DNA of 63,511 bases, the filler included, from Octopus bimaculoides (taxonomy: Eukaryota): NCBI RefSeq assembly GCF_001194135.2. It is 5 parts of 4 records of this genome, joined end to end, with 100 filler letters (N's around TTAATTAATTAA, not from the genome) between each part and the next. Parts side by side here need not be neighbours in the genome. Positions count along the whole stretch, not along the records: positions 46,415 to 61,272 come from NC_068983.1; positions 61,373 to 63,511 come from NW_026309629.1; 3 more parts are not named here. One strand, 5' to 3'. The number at the start of each line of letters is the position of its first letter. The stretch's first letter is position 1. A model generated the notes under the pieces. That model was not told the origin of the DNA. It saw only the letters and a list, made by a program, of their open reading frames with translations, and ran no database searches. A program made the translations under genes and the position numbers. Shown piece after piece: positions 48,883 through 62,883 of the stretch.

Positions 48883-51777
48883 NNNNNNNNNNAGAGAGAG
48901 AGAGAGACACACACACAGAGAAAGAGAGAGAGAGAGAGAGTGTGTGTGTGTGAGAGATATGTATACCAGTCATTATGCAGCGCAAGAGCTGAATTGATAG
49001 TGTCTTAATCACATAGAAATAACTTTGTAGTTTCTAAATTGTTAGCATTGTAAGACCCCGATGGTGAAGTCTTGATAGCATATATAATCATATACATTTC
49101 TACCATAAATCAAATGGTAATTTCCATTTAAGTAGGCATTAGGCTCGAATTAAGTCCTGCATTAATTGTGGTGGCATGAAACTGTGATTTTGAATTCTGA
49201 ACATCGAAAATAAATGGCGCACTATATCCTTTCTATTACAAACGTCCCTTTCATTTTATTTGTCATATATATCTGCTTAAGCGCCTTCGACGTCCTCGTC
49301 ACATGACCAATCAATTAAATATTTTATACTTTTCACAATCAATCCGTCTAAACCTTCATTATACGCAAATCTACTCTTAGTTTTTAATATATTACAGAAT
49401 TACATAGCATAATATGTATAAGAGTCCAAATATAAGAGTCCAAAATAAAAAAAAAACTGCTGTGAGTCTGACCTGACTATCTTTTAACTGAACTACGCCT
49501 TATGTTCAAATTGCTGCTTGCGAAAATTTTAATTCTTCTTAAACTTCATTTATTTGTTTTCATCTAGAATTTTCTATTTTTTGGAACAGGCAGTATTGAA
49601 GCAAATAAATAAGATAGTGAATTAATAGGTTTTTGCTAAATCAACACACCTTCATTGCATATATGAAATGAAATGAAGCTAAAGGTCACATTCTGTTTTC
49701 CAATAAAACGATAGTCTTTCATTTCTAGAATGTATCTGCGCAGGTGCATTGTTATTAGGAAAAGACTGCTTGCAGTCATACATGGCGGATACAATTGCAA
49801 GATATATTCTCACAACCATGATGAAGTCTGCCCTTATAAACGTTGACAGCATTTGCTTTGTCATCAACTCTTATCAGTTATCTTGTCACTCCACAAAATC
49901 GTTTAGATTTCTTGTGTGAAGTACTATTGTTATAAACGAGGAAATTAAATCTTGAATGCATCGCAGCTGGTAACGTTAATAATCGTTATTTTCCGAAGAC
50001 AATACTTCCTATTTTAGCCTAATACCATGTTTTTAAATGGCGGCATCACAGAAGTCAACTTTCACGTTTTATAATATATATTTTTGCTATTCTCCTGCTT
50101 TCTGATATTTTCTGTTATTTCCCTACTTTTTAAATTCTATCATCTATACCAATGACACATGTATAAATTAAATCGACTGTACCTGCATGTTAATTTTTGT
50201 GTCCCGTGATTATTTGAGGGAACATTATACTCGAGAACCACTGGAAAGAATATGGAAATTCCAGGTAAGGCAAGGGGCAAACAAAACTTAATTACCGGTT
50301 GAATATATTTGCTTCTAATTTGGAGAAGTCATAAATATTATCCATGTTTGCCTTATGCTAATTACGTAGTTTAAAATAAGGAAACATCACCTTAAAATGA
50401 TAAAGTGGATTAGAATTTTCAGCACTGTGAAAACGGAAACCGCTTTCGACATTGACTGAAATATTTTACCAATGTAATTCACTAATTGATTCATAAATAC
50501 TGAGTATCACAATATCTAATTCCGCATTACATATAAATATTGCAATAATTTACGAAATTATTATCATTGCTTATCATTTTATTTTATTTATTTTTATATT
50601 GTTTATTCCAATGAGTTATAACATTTCCAATAACACTTTTCGTTGTCTCCGTACGGTATTATGAAGGAGCAGAGGGACCAAGGACTGGACAGTAGGTTTC
50701 ACTTTCTAATACATATATCGAGGACTAGACAATAGGTTTCGGTTTCTCATATCTATGTGAAAAACCTTTACTATTTTTACTGTCAAATTTGGTAATCAAA
50801 AAATATAATGAAGACGATTTTTAAACAAAATTGTCGTTTTGTTTGAAGCAGAATGTGAGCATTCATGAGATTTTGCAAGTCGCTTGGAGAAAGGTATGGA
50901 AGCAATCGAAAATCAAGGGTTTCTTCAATGCAGACAGATCAAACGACTAGCGACTTATTGCCAAACTGACGACCGAAAACCACCAGCAAAACGAACACCT
51001 GTAAAACCAAACAAGGACAAGTTAGTCGTTTTAAATTAGGTTAAAAATAAGTCCAACAACGAAACAATGTACAGATTATCCGACGAGCCTAGGTACAGTA
51101 CACTTTCTATACATTAGTGGATTGGAGGCTTTACTAAAATAGTTTACCCAAGAAACCAAATGAAACAATGACTAGAAATATGTTTGCTATAGGAAAGCCT
51201 TGTTCATATTGTGATATTTTAACCATAATTTAAAACATCAGTTGTAATGCAATGAAATGAAGGAAACCACGCCAGATTTTTGCAATCATTTTCTTCCGGT
51301 CTACCACTTCATGATATCCAGTATTGTTTTCGTACCTCGTTTAGAGTAAAATAGTTCCATATTATGGATCAAATTAAGGAAATTTATTATTTGTTATTAA
51401 ATTTTAATTAATTTCTAGCTTTCAAATATCGCCGATCTCAGTTTTGGCAAAGATGAATGGGCATTAGTATTCAAGTCATAACAATCAGATTTGGTAAAAG
51501 AGGAAAATTCTATGGTGTGGATAAAGGTTGACCGAAGGATGTTTTAGAATAATTTGCTCAAGTTGCAAACAAGATATACAGGTTCGAGGAAATACTAGAA
51601 TACTTTGCGTTACTGAAGTTAGGAAAAACATCGTACAAGGATAATAGGAGAAAAATTGTGAAGATATATAACTACAATGAAAGATTGAACAGAAAAGTGA
51701 ATAGTAAAAATAACTAAAAGAATCTTACATGCTCATATTGTTCCCAGAACAATTCGGGTGGCTTCATACAAAACAAT

Positions 51778-51808
<31 letters not shown>

Positions 51809-54800
51809 GACATATATGAATATTTTTAAGAATTTACTAAATGCAGTCACATTCATTTCATTCATTTCATTGCACAATTTCTTTAAATCATATTAAAATA
51901 CTAAACCGTAGCAAGTATGTTATAAAAGAATATATTATGCATTTTATAAAAACTAAATGCGGCGTTCTTCACATGTATCGCAGGTTTATAACACAGGAGT
52001 TGTGTGGAGCTGGAGGTGATTACTTAAAAAATTCCTATTTCCCCCAACCCACCTCGAAAGATAGCCTATCCCTGCAGTATCTTTTACGTATAGATTATGA
52101 TACACATACACATGTTTGATCAACATGCCGGAAATATCATTCAAATAAATCTTTCAGAACGCATATCCAATATATTTTTCATAAAGCTCTGAAATGGAAT
52201 CCTAGTAAATAAATAAATGAAATATTGTATTTTTACGAAAGAATCCCTCATTTTTTTATAGTTCTGCTCAGCCATATTTCACCATAGGTTAAAGAATTAT
52301 AACAAAACAGTAATTAGAATGTTGAAATTATATAATCCATAATAACGTAACTTTAACGATGAGTCAAGTCGTCTATTTTTAATAGCCACATCTGCATTCT
52401 AAACTAGCTGCCGATTTTTACATAAAGTAACCATATGGTTCTTTCCAAAATTATATAGAATAAAATTTTATGATGACAGGATCTTGAAATATGCGTAAAA
52501 TATATAGCAATATATTCATTCATTACGATATGAGTTCACCAACGATAATATATGCTGTAACACTTTTGGCAATAATGACACTTCATAAACAGAAAACCAT
52601 AAACCTTTAACAGCAACACGAGACAAACAGTGAATCTACATGCGGTACATTGAACAACTGAAAATTGCAATCAAACACATCAAAATCACAAACTGCTTTA
52701 AAAATAATGCATATATAACGCTCCAGAGAAAATTGCCTGTTTAAAACATTTCATTGCTTTAACAAAAGCAATTTTATTTTATAATAGTGGCTAAAAAGAA
52801 TTAGTCGATGTCGCAACAAAATGTCCCGACAAATTGTCTCAAATTCGATACCAAAGAATGAAATTTTTACTGAGACTGCGATTAGGTAGGCAATTTATCA
52901 TGTCTAGCAGAATCCACAGTCACTTGAATAAGTGTCAGCCCAGTAAATAGCGAATATATTTTTTTAGAATTAGAATAAAATAAACCTAATCCGCAGTGTT
53001 TCAGATTTTATTGCTCACATTGTTGTTTAGCCTCAGATCAGTTGTGGTTGAGCAGACCTATAATCAAAACAGAACGCCAAGCGGCTTGCACAATGATGAG
53101 TTGATCGTTTGGGTAGCAGGCTAAAGGTACAAATAAAGCCATATCATGTATGTGTTTAGGAGAGATAATTTGGGCGATGGATGTATCTAGTAAGAAGTAC
53201 AGAGGCATCTCTCTCTAAATAAACTTGATCATCTTTCAAAAGAAAATTCAATGCGAGATATGAAATGCTCAATAGAAGAATGGAGTAATCATGAATATAA
53301 TGTCTTTGTCATAAATCAGCTTCGACAGTGATGAACTCATGTGTTATTAATACAATACAAGTTGGTTTGCTGAGTTCAATTTCTTAAAGAATACAATATG
53401 AAGGAAGATTTTTGTGTTTTAAGTGACTAAAAATACCCCCCCCCCCACAGATACACACACACTCTTGATATGATTTGGGGGGCATTAACACAACACTCCT
53501 TCGCTGAGCCAGTGGATCCGCTTGAAAATGAGAGAAATCCACATAGAATAAAATTATGAAACCTAGAAAAGCAATATACCAAACATTTATTAATGTGTTA
53601 ATGTAGTCTTAGATAAGGAATGTCTGAAATAATGAAGGATAGCATTGTTTGCACAACAAAATTGATCAATGGATAAAAATAAAAAAATAACAAGGTAGCA
53701 ATGAGGAGAATAAAAAAATCAACAGTTTTTAAAACTTCTTCATATATGACATCTATATATCTAACACGATATCACCACTAGCTTCAACCAGGCAACCATA
53801 GCAATATTAATATTAACACAAACAATTAAAGAAATACTATAAACATCAAGAGAAAAATTAATACAAAGAATATTATCAATACTACTAACACTACACTCAC
53901 AAAGACAAACCAAATCAGGAAACCAAATCAGATAAATTATACGTAGTTATTCGATCTGTCATTGCTGCCATTAATTTTGGTGCAATTATCGATTTCATAC
54001 GGGTCCTGCAATTTTTTATACCACGTTTTATTTTATTGTATTGTCTAATCATTATGAAGATTATTTTCAAAAGATATTCTGCAATGCATAGAAATATGCA
54101 AATACCTCTTACACAAAGTTTTATATCATTCATCAAACTGTCAAGATATTTTTTCATTGCAACCAACCATCTTAATGTTTGTTTTTATGCTCAAGTATAT
54201 TACACCAGCATATATTTCATTCATGCGATATCAGCTTTCTTTCTCACAGTTATGCGATATCCAGCTCTCATACTGCTTCTATCGCTATAACATTGTATCA
54301 CTAAATATATAACTTATTTTATTTATCTCTTATTTATCTTGTGTTTATCTGTTGTTTTACTCTCTGTCGCTCTCTCTCTATCTCTCTCTCTCCTTCTTTC
54401 CCCTCTTTCTCAAAGTATTCCTTTATATCTTGATATATCTGCTTCTCTCTCTTTGTCTCTTTCATATACATTATCTTTGCTGTCATTCTTCAACAACTCA
54501 GTTTGATCTCTACAGTTGACGGTACCCTCACGCTCTCTCACTCAACTACGTACTTCTTTATCAAATAAATGTCTCGAATATTTCTCCTTAAAATACTTAA
54601 TCTCCTTTTCTTCTTGTGTATTTCATTTTGTATCTTGTCACTCATCTTTTCCATTTTATTCTTGTATTGAATGGTTATCTCGCATTTCCACCTTTTCTCA
54701 CGAATCTGTATTATTTCTTCCTTTCTCTTTTTCTTTTCCCTTTGTTACTATCTTTAAGAATGTTTCAGATGAATGTTGTCTAAGTACATCATCTTAACAT

Positions 54801-54950
54801 TTCTCCCATGGACGTTATTTTGTTGCCTATCCTCTCCCACTGTATCTCCCCCCCTCTCTCTCTCTTCTGTATACATACGCCAACACATGAAACAAGCACC
54901 TATATTTGTATGTATGTATGCATGAGTGCATGTATGTATGTCTGTATGTA

Positions 54951-54987
<37 letters not shown>

Positions 54988-55205
54988 NNNNNNNNNNNNN
55001 NNNNNNNNNNNNNNNNNNNNNNNNNNNNNNNNNNNNNNNNNNNNNNNNNNNNNNNNNNNNNNNNNNNNNNNNNNNNNNNNNNNNNNNNNNNNNNNNNNNN
55101 NNNNNNNNNNNNNNNNNNNNNNNNNNNNNNNNNNNNNNNNNNNNNNNNNNNNNNNNNNNNNNNNNNNNNNNNNNNNNNNNNNNNNTATGTATGTATGTAT
55201 GTATG

Positions 55206-55237
<32 letters not shown>

Positions 55238-58200
55238 TGTATATAGTTTATTTATTTGCACAAAATTCCATTTCAAGAAAGGATTTTCATAAGACGGTGA
55301 TATTTCAGGCAACACAAAATATCGCAATGAAACTGGAGTTGCGACGTACATAATTCCATATAGACATATACTGAAATATTTTACTCTGCAGTATACATTC
55401 ACCTCTTTCTATTTCTTCGTATATCTGGTTTGTATTTTGTATTTAGTTTCTCTTACTCATCACTGTGAAAGCCAAGGTTTAATACTTTCGTTTTTTATAT
55501 ATTCTGTGCGTAGATGCATGATTACAGATTTTGTAGAGATAACTATTTGATAGTTGAACAAATTGTTGGAAGCCAGCGTGGTTGTTTGCTGTCATTAGTT
55601 GAATGTTGCTGTTGTAGTGAGAGATAATACGATCGAGATCGTGATACCCCGGACAAAGTATCAGTCACCATTTGTAATTATGCTACAAAAAACCTACTAT
55701 CTGATGCGATTTAAATGAGAAATTGTTGCAGTGTGAACTCTCCATTCGAAGTTTTGATGAAGGAAGTGTCAGTATATCACATATGTTATTTTCCATATTA
55801 GATCAACATTTTGATATATCTGCCTTTCCAAATACTCTATTTATAAATTATAGAAAGTTTTCAGTAATTAAGGTATTTGGTGAATGTTTTTACTCTTCCC
55901 CTTGGTTTGTAATATATTGGATAAATAAAAGAATACTGTCTTAGAAGTAATTCCCATTGCCCAGAGAGAATTTATATGCCGTTCATATCATAGTAAATAT
56001 CTCTCTACAGTTACTAAACCTCTTGCATGTTGTTGCCAGTCTGTTAGAGAATTATGCATCTGTAAAGAAAGCTATAACCAAGTCAACTAGGTTCTCACAG
56101 TGTTCTATCGTTATTATCTTTACGATGACATAGAATATTTCGCCGGAGACCTTCTCTCCACCGGGCGGACATGAATTTTTTCCGCGAACATTGATAGAGT
56201 CGCGAATCGTAATGTCTTGCATCATATAGGAGTCGTCTGCATAGTTGATTTTTATGTCTAATTTTATATTATCTGTATTGTTAAGATGATTATGAAGAGC
56301 GAAATAGGATAAAGATGAACTATAGCATGCGAATTATCAACAGATATATATGCCAGACAGCTTTCTATGATTGTTAACGTCTGGCATCAGTCATTCAAGA
56401 AAGCAAAGATAAAAAATGTCTTACTTCACTGTGATACCAACCTTATTACAGGATTAGAAAAAAAAGATTACATTTAAGATATTACCGGCATTAAATTATA
56501 TACAGTCAACTTTTAAACTAGATAACTAACTCTCACTTAATAATTTAGTTTTATTCTTGTAAATCCTGTGCCAGATGTTTTTTCTTGTTGAATGCCTTTC
56601 ATTAGTATATCACATATGGCTCACTCGAACACCTTGGTAATATGTTAGTAAGACAGAGTTATATTTGTTTGCTAGGGACATGATGCTACTTTCATAAATA
56701 CTGTATTCAACATGTCCTGATATCGCCGAAATAGCACTAATAAAATTTCGCAGGAGAATCGGGTATAAATTTCTTGCATTTCTGTAAAGCTGAATACTTT
56801 CCGTTTTTAGAGACGGATTTGTATCAGAATGACTTATAGATACAGTTAGCTTATTATCTGCGTTCAATAAAAATCAAGAATATAATGTATAAAAATTAGT
56901 CAGTACCCACCCTTTCGCTCTCCGAAGATAATGCCATAATGACATGTCAACGCGCTCACGTGCTGGGACGGGTCAGTACTTCCAAATCATAAGGGAAACT
57001 AACAACCTTTGCTGAGTTATTACATCTGTAGATTTTAGCATTTATTACAGAATACATTAAATGGGAATATTAGCAATTCGTAAGTTGTTCAAAGCTATAC
57101 AATTTAAAAACTTGTAAGGGTGACATTTCGAAGCTACAGTGAATTTTATTAATTACATACTACAATATCATATAATATACATCTCTATATCTGCACAAGA
57201 TAATACCGATGCACAGACACAAGCATACACAGACACACACACTCCCTACAACATACACACATACGCATTTATCATTTCATATAGAAAAATAATGATCGCA
57301 CATCAGGTATTTCACCTTATAGTAACTTTAGTTTTCGTCGCCCTCTATATATATACATATATCTTTACACACACACGTATATATATACACATATATATAT
57401 GTATATATATATATATAAATAAATCTATTTTAGTAATGTCAAATTTTAGCTGCAACAGAGGTGTTTTTTGAGGCCTAAAAAAAATCTGCCCGCCATTAGT
57501 TTAAATGGGTAGCGAGAAAATAATGAGTTTCGAGGGAGCGGAAAAAGTAATAGGCTAAATATCTAAAGATATGCACGGACACAAAATATCAGTGCTAACC
57601 GCAATATTTGACCTGTATTCAGCGCTCTGCCCTTAAAAAATATTTCTTTTAATTACTAAATATTGACTACCTTTTATATAAATTTTTCATATATACCTTT
57701 TTTTAACATAAATTTCATTTAATTGGTTTCATCTTCCTTTTTTTCTCTTCCTACTCGTTCCTATTAGTCTACCACATCTTTCTCCATAAATTCTCATTAA
57801 TTCTTCTTCCTTTCATCTAAAAATGTCTTTCTGTGTATGTTAGCAAAGTTAATTATATAATGGCAAATTTGCAACAGAGGACCTTTCCAAGAAGATGACC
57901 ATAAACTATATGTAACTCTTAATTAACCTAAAGTACTTTAAAGTCTCACGATGAAAACTAAGCTAAATCTTCAAAGTCACAGGAACGTTCCCTACTAAAA
58001 ATAACGTATATTTAATATTCAAATTGAATTACTTATTGCTCCTTCGAGTATTATTTCAGTGATATGTTATATGCATCTATATAAAAATACAATCAATATG
58101 GTGTATGTGTTTGTATCCTCATAAGTATGAACGGTTTTGTATCTCGTCCAAATCAAGCAACGCTCCTCCAAATTTGTACCATTACTAAGAAAGCTAACGC

Positions 58201-58261
58201 TGACATTTGACCGCAAAACAGTGAACTATTACAATCTCATGTTGCACCGTTAAAATACATG

Positions 58262-58308
<47 letters not shown>

Positions 58309-58497
58309 NNNNNNNNNNNNNNNNNNNNNNNNNNNNNNNNNNNNNNNNNNNNNNNNNNNNNNNNNNNNNNNNNNNNNNNNNNNNNNNNNNNNNNNNNNNN
58401 NNNNNNNNNNNNNNNNNNNNNNNNNNNNNNNNNNNNNNNNNNNNNNNNNNNNNNNNNNNNNNNNNNNNNNNNNNNNNNNNNNNNNNNNNNNNNNNNN

Positions 58498-58541
<44 letters not shown>

Positions 58542-59179
58542 AACTCGCATAGACACATACACTAACGCACAAATACACACTCACAGACACAAGTGTGTAT
58601 GTGTGTGTGTCTGTATGAATTGTTCGGTTCCTTTATGTTTCAGTTTGCAAATTAATTGTAATTTAATATTACCATTTTCAATATACTTTCATCCGGTTTT
58701 TATGTTTTAAGTGCGTGTGTAATTCTAATTTCTCCATATTTCCTTTAGATCTCTTCCTCATTATTTTCTCTGAAATAACAAAAAAAAAAAAAGAAAAGGT
58801 ATCCAAATCGAAATAGTTTTAGAAGTAGCATATATATAAAACTTGAAATCTATATCATTATGTGCACATAGCTGAGCCTGAAAGTACGTCTACACATGCT
58901 TGTGAATAATTATTGCAATACGAATATCCAGACAAACTTATCTATTATACTTAATATGTTATATATGGATGTATATACACATATATAGACATTAATACAA
59001 ACACATACGTATCTATACTCACAGGCGCATACAATTTTAAATATATGTCTGTGTACATGCATATATATATATATGTGTGTGTGTGTGTGTATGTGTGTGT
59101 TTGTGTACACACACACACATGCGCAAACACATATATATATATATATTAGGAAATATATATATTTATATCTAAGGTTAAG

Positions 59180-59335
59180 AAGGGTATTGGATTCAACCAA
59201 ACCCAAAGATACAGGTAATACCGAGTACGTGCTGTATACCGACTAGTTTTGCCCCATTCATTGTATAAACAAGAGTGGGGATTATAACATAGGTCGTGTA
59301 ACTTTGCCATTGTTCTCTTTATCCTTTTCTCTCTT
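59180..59335 (+). mobile_element. PLE 3' end fragment, same family as 18669-19052
   Basis: AGGGTATTGGATTCAACCAAACC...AACATAGGTCGTGT is the reverse complement of ~18929-19050. Confidence 0.75.
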
Positions 59336-59466
59336 TATACATATATTTATTTGTATGTATGCGTATGAGTTTCATTACGCCTGTGTATATGTGGTTTTAA
59401 TTCACATCTACTCTAAACATGTTGTAACTCGTATGATGCGCTCGGTATAAATCATANNNNNNNNNN

Positions 59467-59497
<31 letters not shown>

Positions 59498-59616
59498 AAA
59501 CATATTCGCACACATACACACACATACACATATGTACATACATACATACATACATACGTATATATGTGTGTGTGTGTGTGTGTATGTGTGTGTGTATGTG
59601 CGTGTGTGTGTGTGTG

Positions 59617-60652
59617 TAGTATTCCAAGCACTTATAAATGGACTTGAAATAAACATTCAATTTACGATGGAATATAGCCATCAACAACTTCCCTTCCTCA
59701 ACATGCTCATTAAGAAATCTAACAACGTAATAGAAACAGATATATACTATAAGCCCACGGACTCCAAGCAATGTCTACCGTTCAACTCATTCCACCCCAG
59801 CCACACCAGAATGAATATCCCCTTCAACCTTGCAAAAAGGATATGTACTATAGTTTCTAATGCAAGCACAAGAGACACACGACTACATGAACTAAAGGAT
59901 ACACTCATCACCAGGAATTACCCACCTTCACTAATTGATATATGCTTTCAACGTGCCCTACAACTCAACATCCACGAACTCAGACATCCCAAATTAATGA
60001 AGTATTTACAACCAAAAGCCCTACCATACATCTCCACACACAACCCTCTTAACAATTAAGCCTTCGATACCATCCTTCAAAACATTCCTCTGCTAAAAAG
60101 GACCACAGAATGAACTAAATCCTCCAAACACACACCATCATAAAAAGCAAGAGACAACCCAAATCTATGAAAAGTCTCCTAACACAACTCCGAATACGCT
60201 CACGGAAGCCATCAGTAAAAAAATGAGGAAGACCCAACTGTAGGATATGCGTCAATTTAATTGAGGGATCAGAGTTCTCATTCAAACAGGGACAACGTTT
60301 CACAGTGAAAAACAGCTTCACATGTGCTTCGAAGAACCTGATATACGCACTAACCTCCTCTGGGTATGAAGAGCAATACATACGCCAAGCAAAAAACAAT
60401 CTACGTCAAAGGATGGCTCTGCACAGATACCAGATCAAAATCCCCAAAAACAGAAAGATAGCATTCAACCAACACATCGAAATTTGCGCCAATGTCAAAA
60501 ATCCAAGCTTTGGAATGTTTCCCCTATACCAATTCAGGGACGATACAACCTGTAGCCGACGAATTAGTAAAGAGACACTTTTTATTACAAAATACAGACC
60601 CCTTTTGAACGCATTTACAACAAATGACATATCCACCACTGCCTTAGAGTAA
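59617..60652 (+). mobile_element. Penelope-like element (Neptune/Poseidon-like): RT thumb, Cys linker and GIY-YIG; pseudogenised
   Basis: QFTMEY..LPFLNMLI..TDIYYKPTDSKQCLPFNSFHP.HT..NIPFNLAKRICTIVS; GRPNCRIC; FTCASKNLIYAL..YIRQ..LRQRMALHR; KETLFITKYRPLLN. Stops and a frameshift are present. Confidence 0.92.
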
Positions 60653-61021
60653 CACAAACACACAAGCAAATATTAAAAATGATACATTCAAGATACCCAA
60701 GAATTCATTAAAAAAATTGTCCCAATCACTGCTGTAATGCACAACGAGTCAATTTTAGGTTACTTGACCATTTAACATTTTATTACTATCATACCACCTG
60801 CATTCCCTTATTATTCTCTCTTCTCTTTCTCCTTCTTCTTCGTCTTCTTCATCTTCGCCACCTTCTTCCTTACTATTGCTGTTTAGAATAACACCTACGC
60901 ATATATTATAAACAATACATTCAAAAGAGATGTCTCAAGAATTCAATCATAATGACCATCCACAACAAGTCACTTTCAGGGCACTTGACCATTTAACATC
61001 CTACTACTATCATGGCACTCT

Positions 61022-61203
61022 CGCTTTCTTCTTCTTCTTCTTCTTCTTCTTCTTCTTCTTCTTCTTCTTCTTGTTCTGCTTCTTCTTCTTCTGCTTCTTG
61101 TTCTTCTTCTTCGTCTCCTCCTCCTCCTCCTTCTTCTTCTTCTTCTTCTTCTTCTTCTTCGTCTCCTCCTCCTCCTCCCCCTTCTTCTTCTTCTTCTTCT
61201 TCT
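61022..61203. repeat. (CTT)/(CCT) compound microsatellite
   Basis: Near-pure pyrimidine tract; it explains the poly-F/R/K/S ORFs. Confidence 0.95.
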
Positions 61204-61419
61204 GCTCTGCCAAGAATTCACAACGACCTTGAACCCACGAACCCACAAGAGTAAACAAGAGAGACAGAGACANNNNNNNNNNNNNNNNNNNNNNNNNNNN
61301 NNNNNNNNNNNNNNNNTTAATTAATTAANNNNNNNNNNNNNNNNNNNNNNNNNNNNNNNNNNNNNNNNNNNNTTCTCTCACTCTTACTTCCTGTTTCTGT
61401 TGTGCCTGTAATTCAAAGG

Positions 61420-62430
61420 GGATAAAAAAAAAATATCCGATTATCATATACAGCCGACAGATAAAAGAAAATAAAGTCGAATATCGTATACACCTGTCAG
61501 ATAAAAAGAAAATGCAGATTATCCGATAAATCCGTTAGATTAAAAAATGCCGATTATCCTAAATATATGTCAGATAAAAATATGTTGTTTATATTATATA
61601 CACCTGAGATAAAAAAAAATCTGATAATCCTATACACCCGTTAGATACAAATAAAGCCGATTATCCTATGCTCCGGTCAGATAAAAAATAAAAACCGATA
61701 TCATATATACCCGTCAGAAAAAAAGCCGATTGTTCTATACATCCATCAGATAAAAAAAAATAGCAATTTATCTTACACCCGTCATATAAAACACATGCTG
61801 ATTATCCGATAGAAACGACAGATAAAAAAAAACAACCGTTTATCCTAAACACCCGTGAGATTAAAGTAAAACCGATTATTCTACATACCCGTAAGATTTT
61901 TTTTTAAATGCACGTCAGTTCAATAAAAGCGGATTCTCCTTTACACCCATTCGACAAAGATGAACACAATAATCGTATGTACCCGTCAAATAGGAAAAAT
62001 GCCGATTATCCTATACACGCACCAGATAAAAATAAATCCAATTATCCTAAACACGCAGAATACAAAATTAAAGCCGATGATCCTATCCACGCATGAGATT
62101 ACAACAGCCAGTTATCTTACAGATCGATCATATAATAATAGTAATAATAAAATAAGCTGAATATCTTATACACCCGTCCGATAACAAAATGTCCATTCTC
62201 GTCAGATAAAACAAATACCGAATATCCTATACAGCCGGCAGATAAGAATTATGCCGATTAACCTATACATCCGTCAAATGAAAATAAAGTGAATTATCTT
62301 AAACCCCTGTGAGATTAAAAAAATGCCGATTATACTATACAAAGATTAAGAAAAAGAAAGCGATTATCCTATGCACACGTCAGATAATTAAAAAAGAATC
62401 GATTTTTTCCTATGTACCCGTGAGATTAAA
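61420..62430. repeat. Diverged minisatellite, ~36-40-bp unit, roughly 25 copies
   Basis: Consensus approximately GCCGATTATCCTATACACCCGTCAGATAAAAAAAAT; the copy count is estimated by eye. Confidence 0.9.
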
Positions 62431-62450
62431 AATAAATAAAATACTACTTA

Positions 62451-62850
62451 AGGCGGCGGATTGGCATAATCGTTATCACGCCGGGTGAATTGCTTAGCGG
62501 CAGTTTGTCTGTCTGCACATTCTGAGTTCCTATTCTGCCGAGGTCGGTAAAATAAGTACCGGTTGAGCATTGAGGCTATTGTAATCGACTTGCCCTTTCC
62601 CCTTAAAATGCTGGCCCTGTGCCAAAAGTTGAATCCAAATTTGCTTAACATGTCTGAAGGTGGCAGAATCGTTAGCACGCTGTGCAAGATGCCTAGCAGC
62701 ATATCGTCCGTCTGCACGTTCTGAGCTCAAATTCCGTCGAGGACGACTTTGCCTTTTATCCTTTTGGAGTCAATAAAATAAGTACCAGTCAAGTACTAGA
62801 GTCGATGTGATCGACTTACCCCGCCTTGTGCCTATTTGTGAAAGGATTAT
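62451..62850 (+). mobile_element. Two tandem, diverged SINE family B copies (62451-62640, 62655-62850)
   Basis: Each has a head, CTGAGYTC and GTCRRTAAAATAAGTACC. Confidence 0.8.
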
Positions 62851-62883
62851 TATTATTATTATTATTATTATTATCATTATTAC

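Noticed and set aside
53590-53930. Mitochondrial insertion (ND6-like hydrophobic frame)
   Set aside because: TAA/TAG stops persist under the invertebrate mitochondrial code and no specific mitochondrial motif is recognisable.
56230-56250. YADD motif as a reverse transcriptase active site
   Set aside because: No other RT motifs flank it.
61420-62430. CRISPR array
   Set aside because: No invariant repeat with unique spacers; the whole unit is degenerate, the context is eukaryotic and there are no cas genes.
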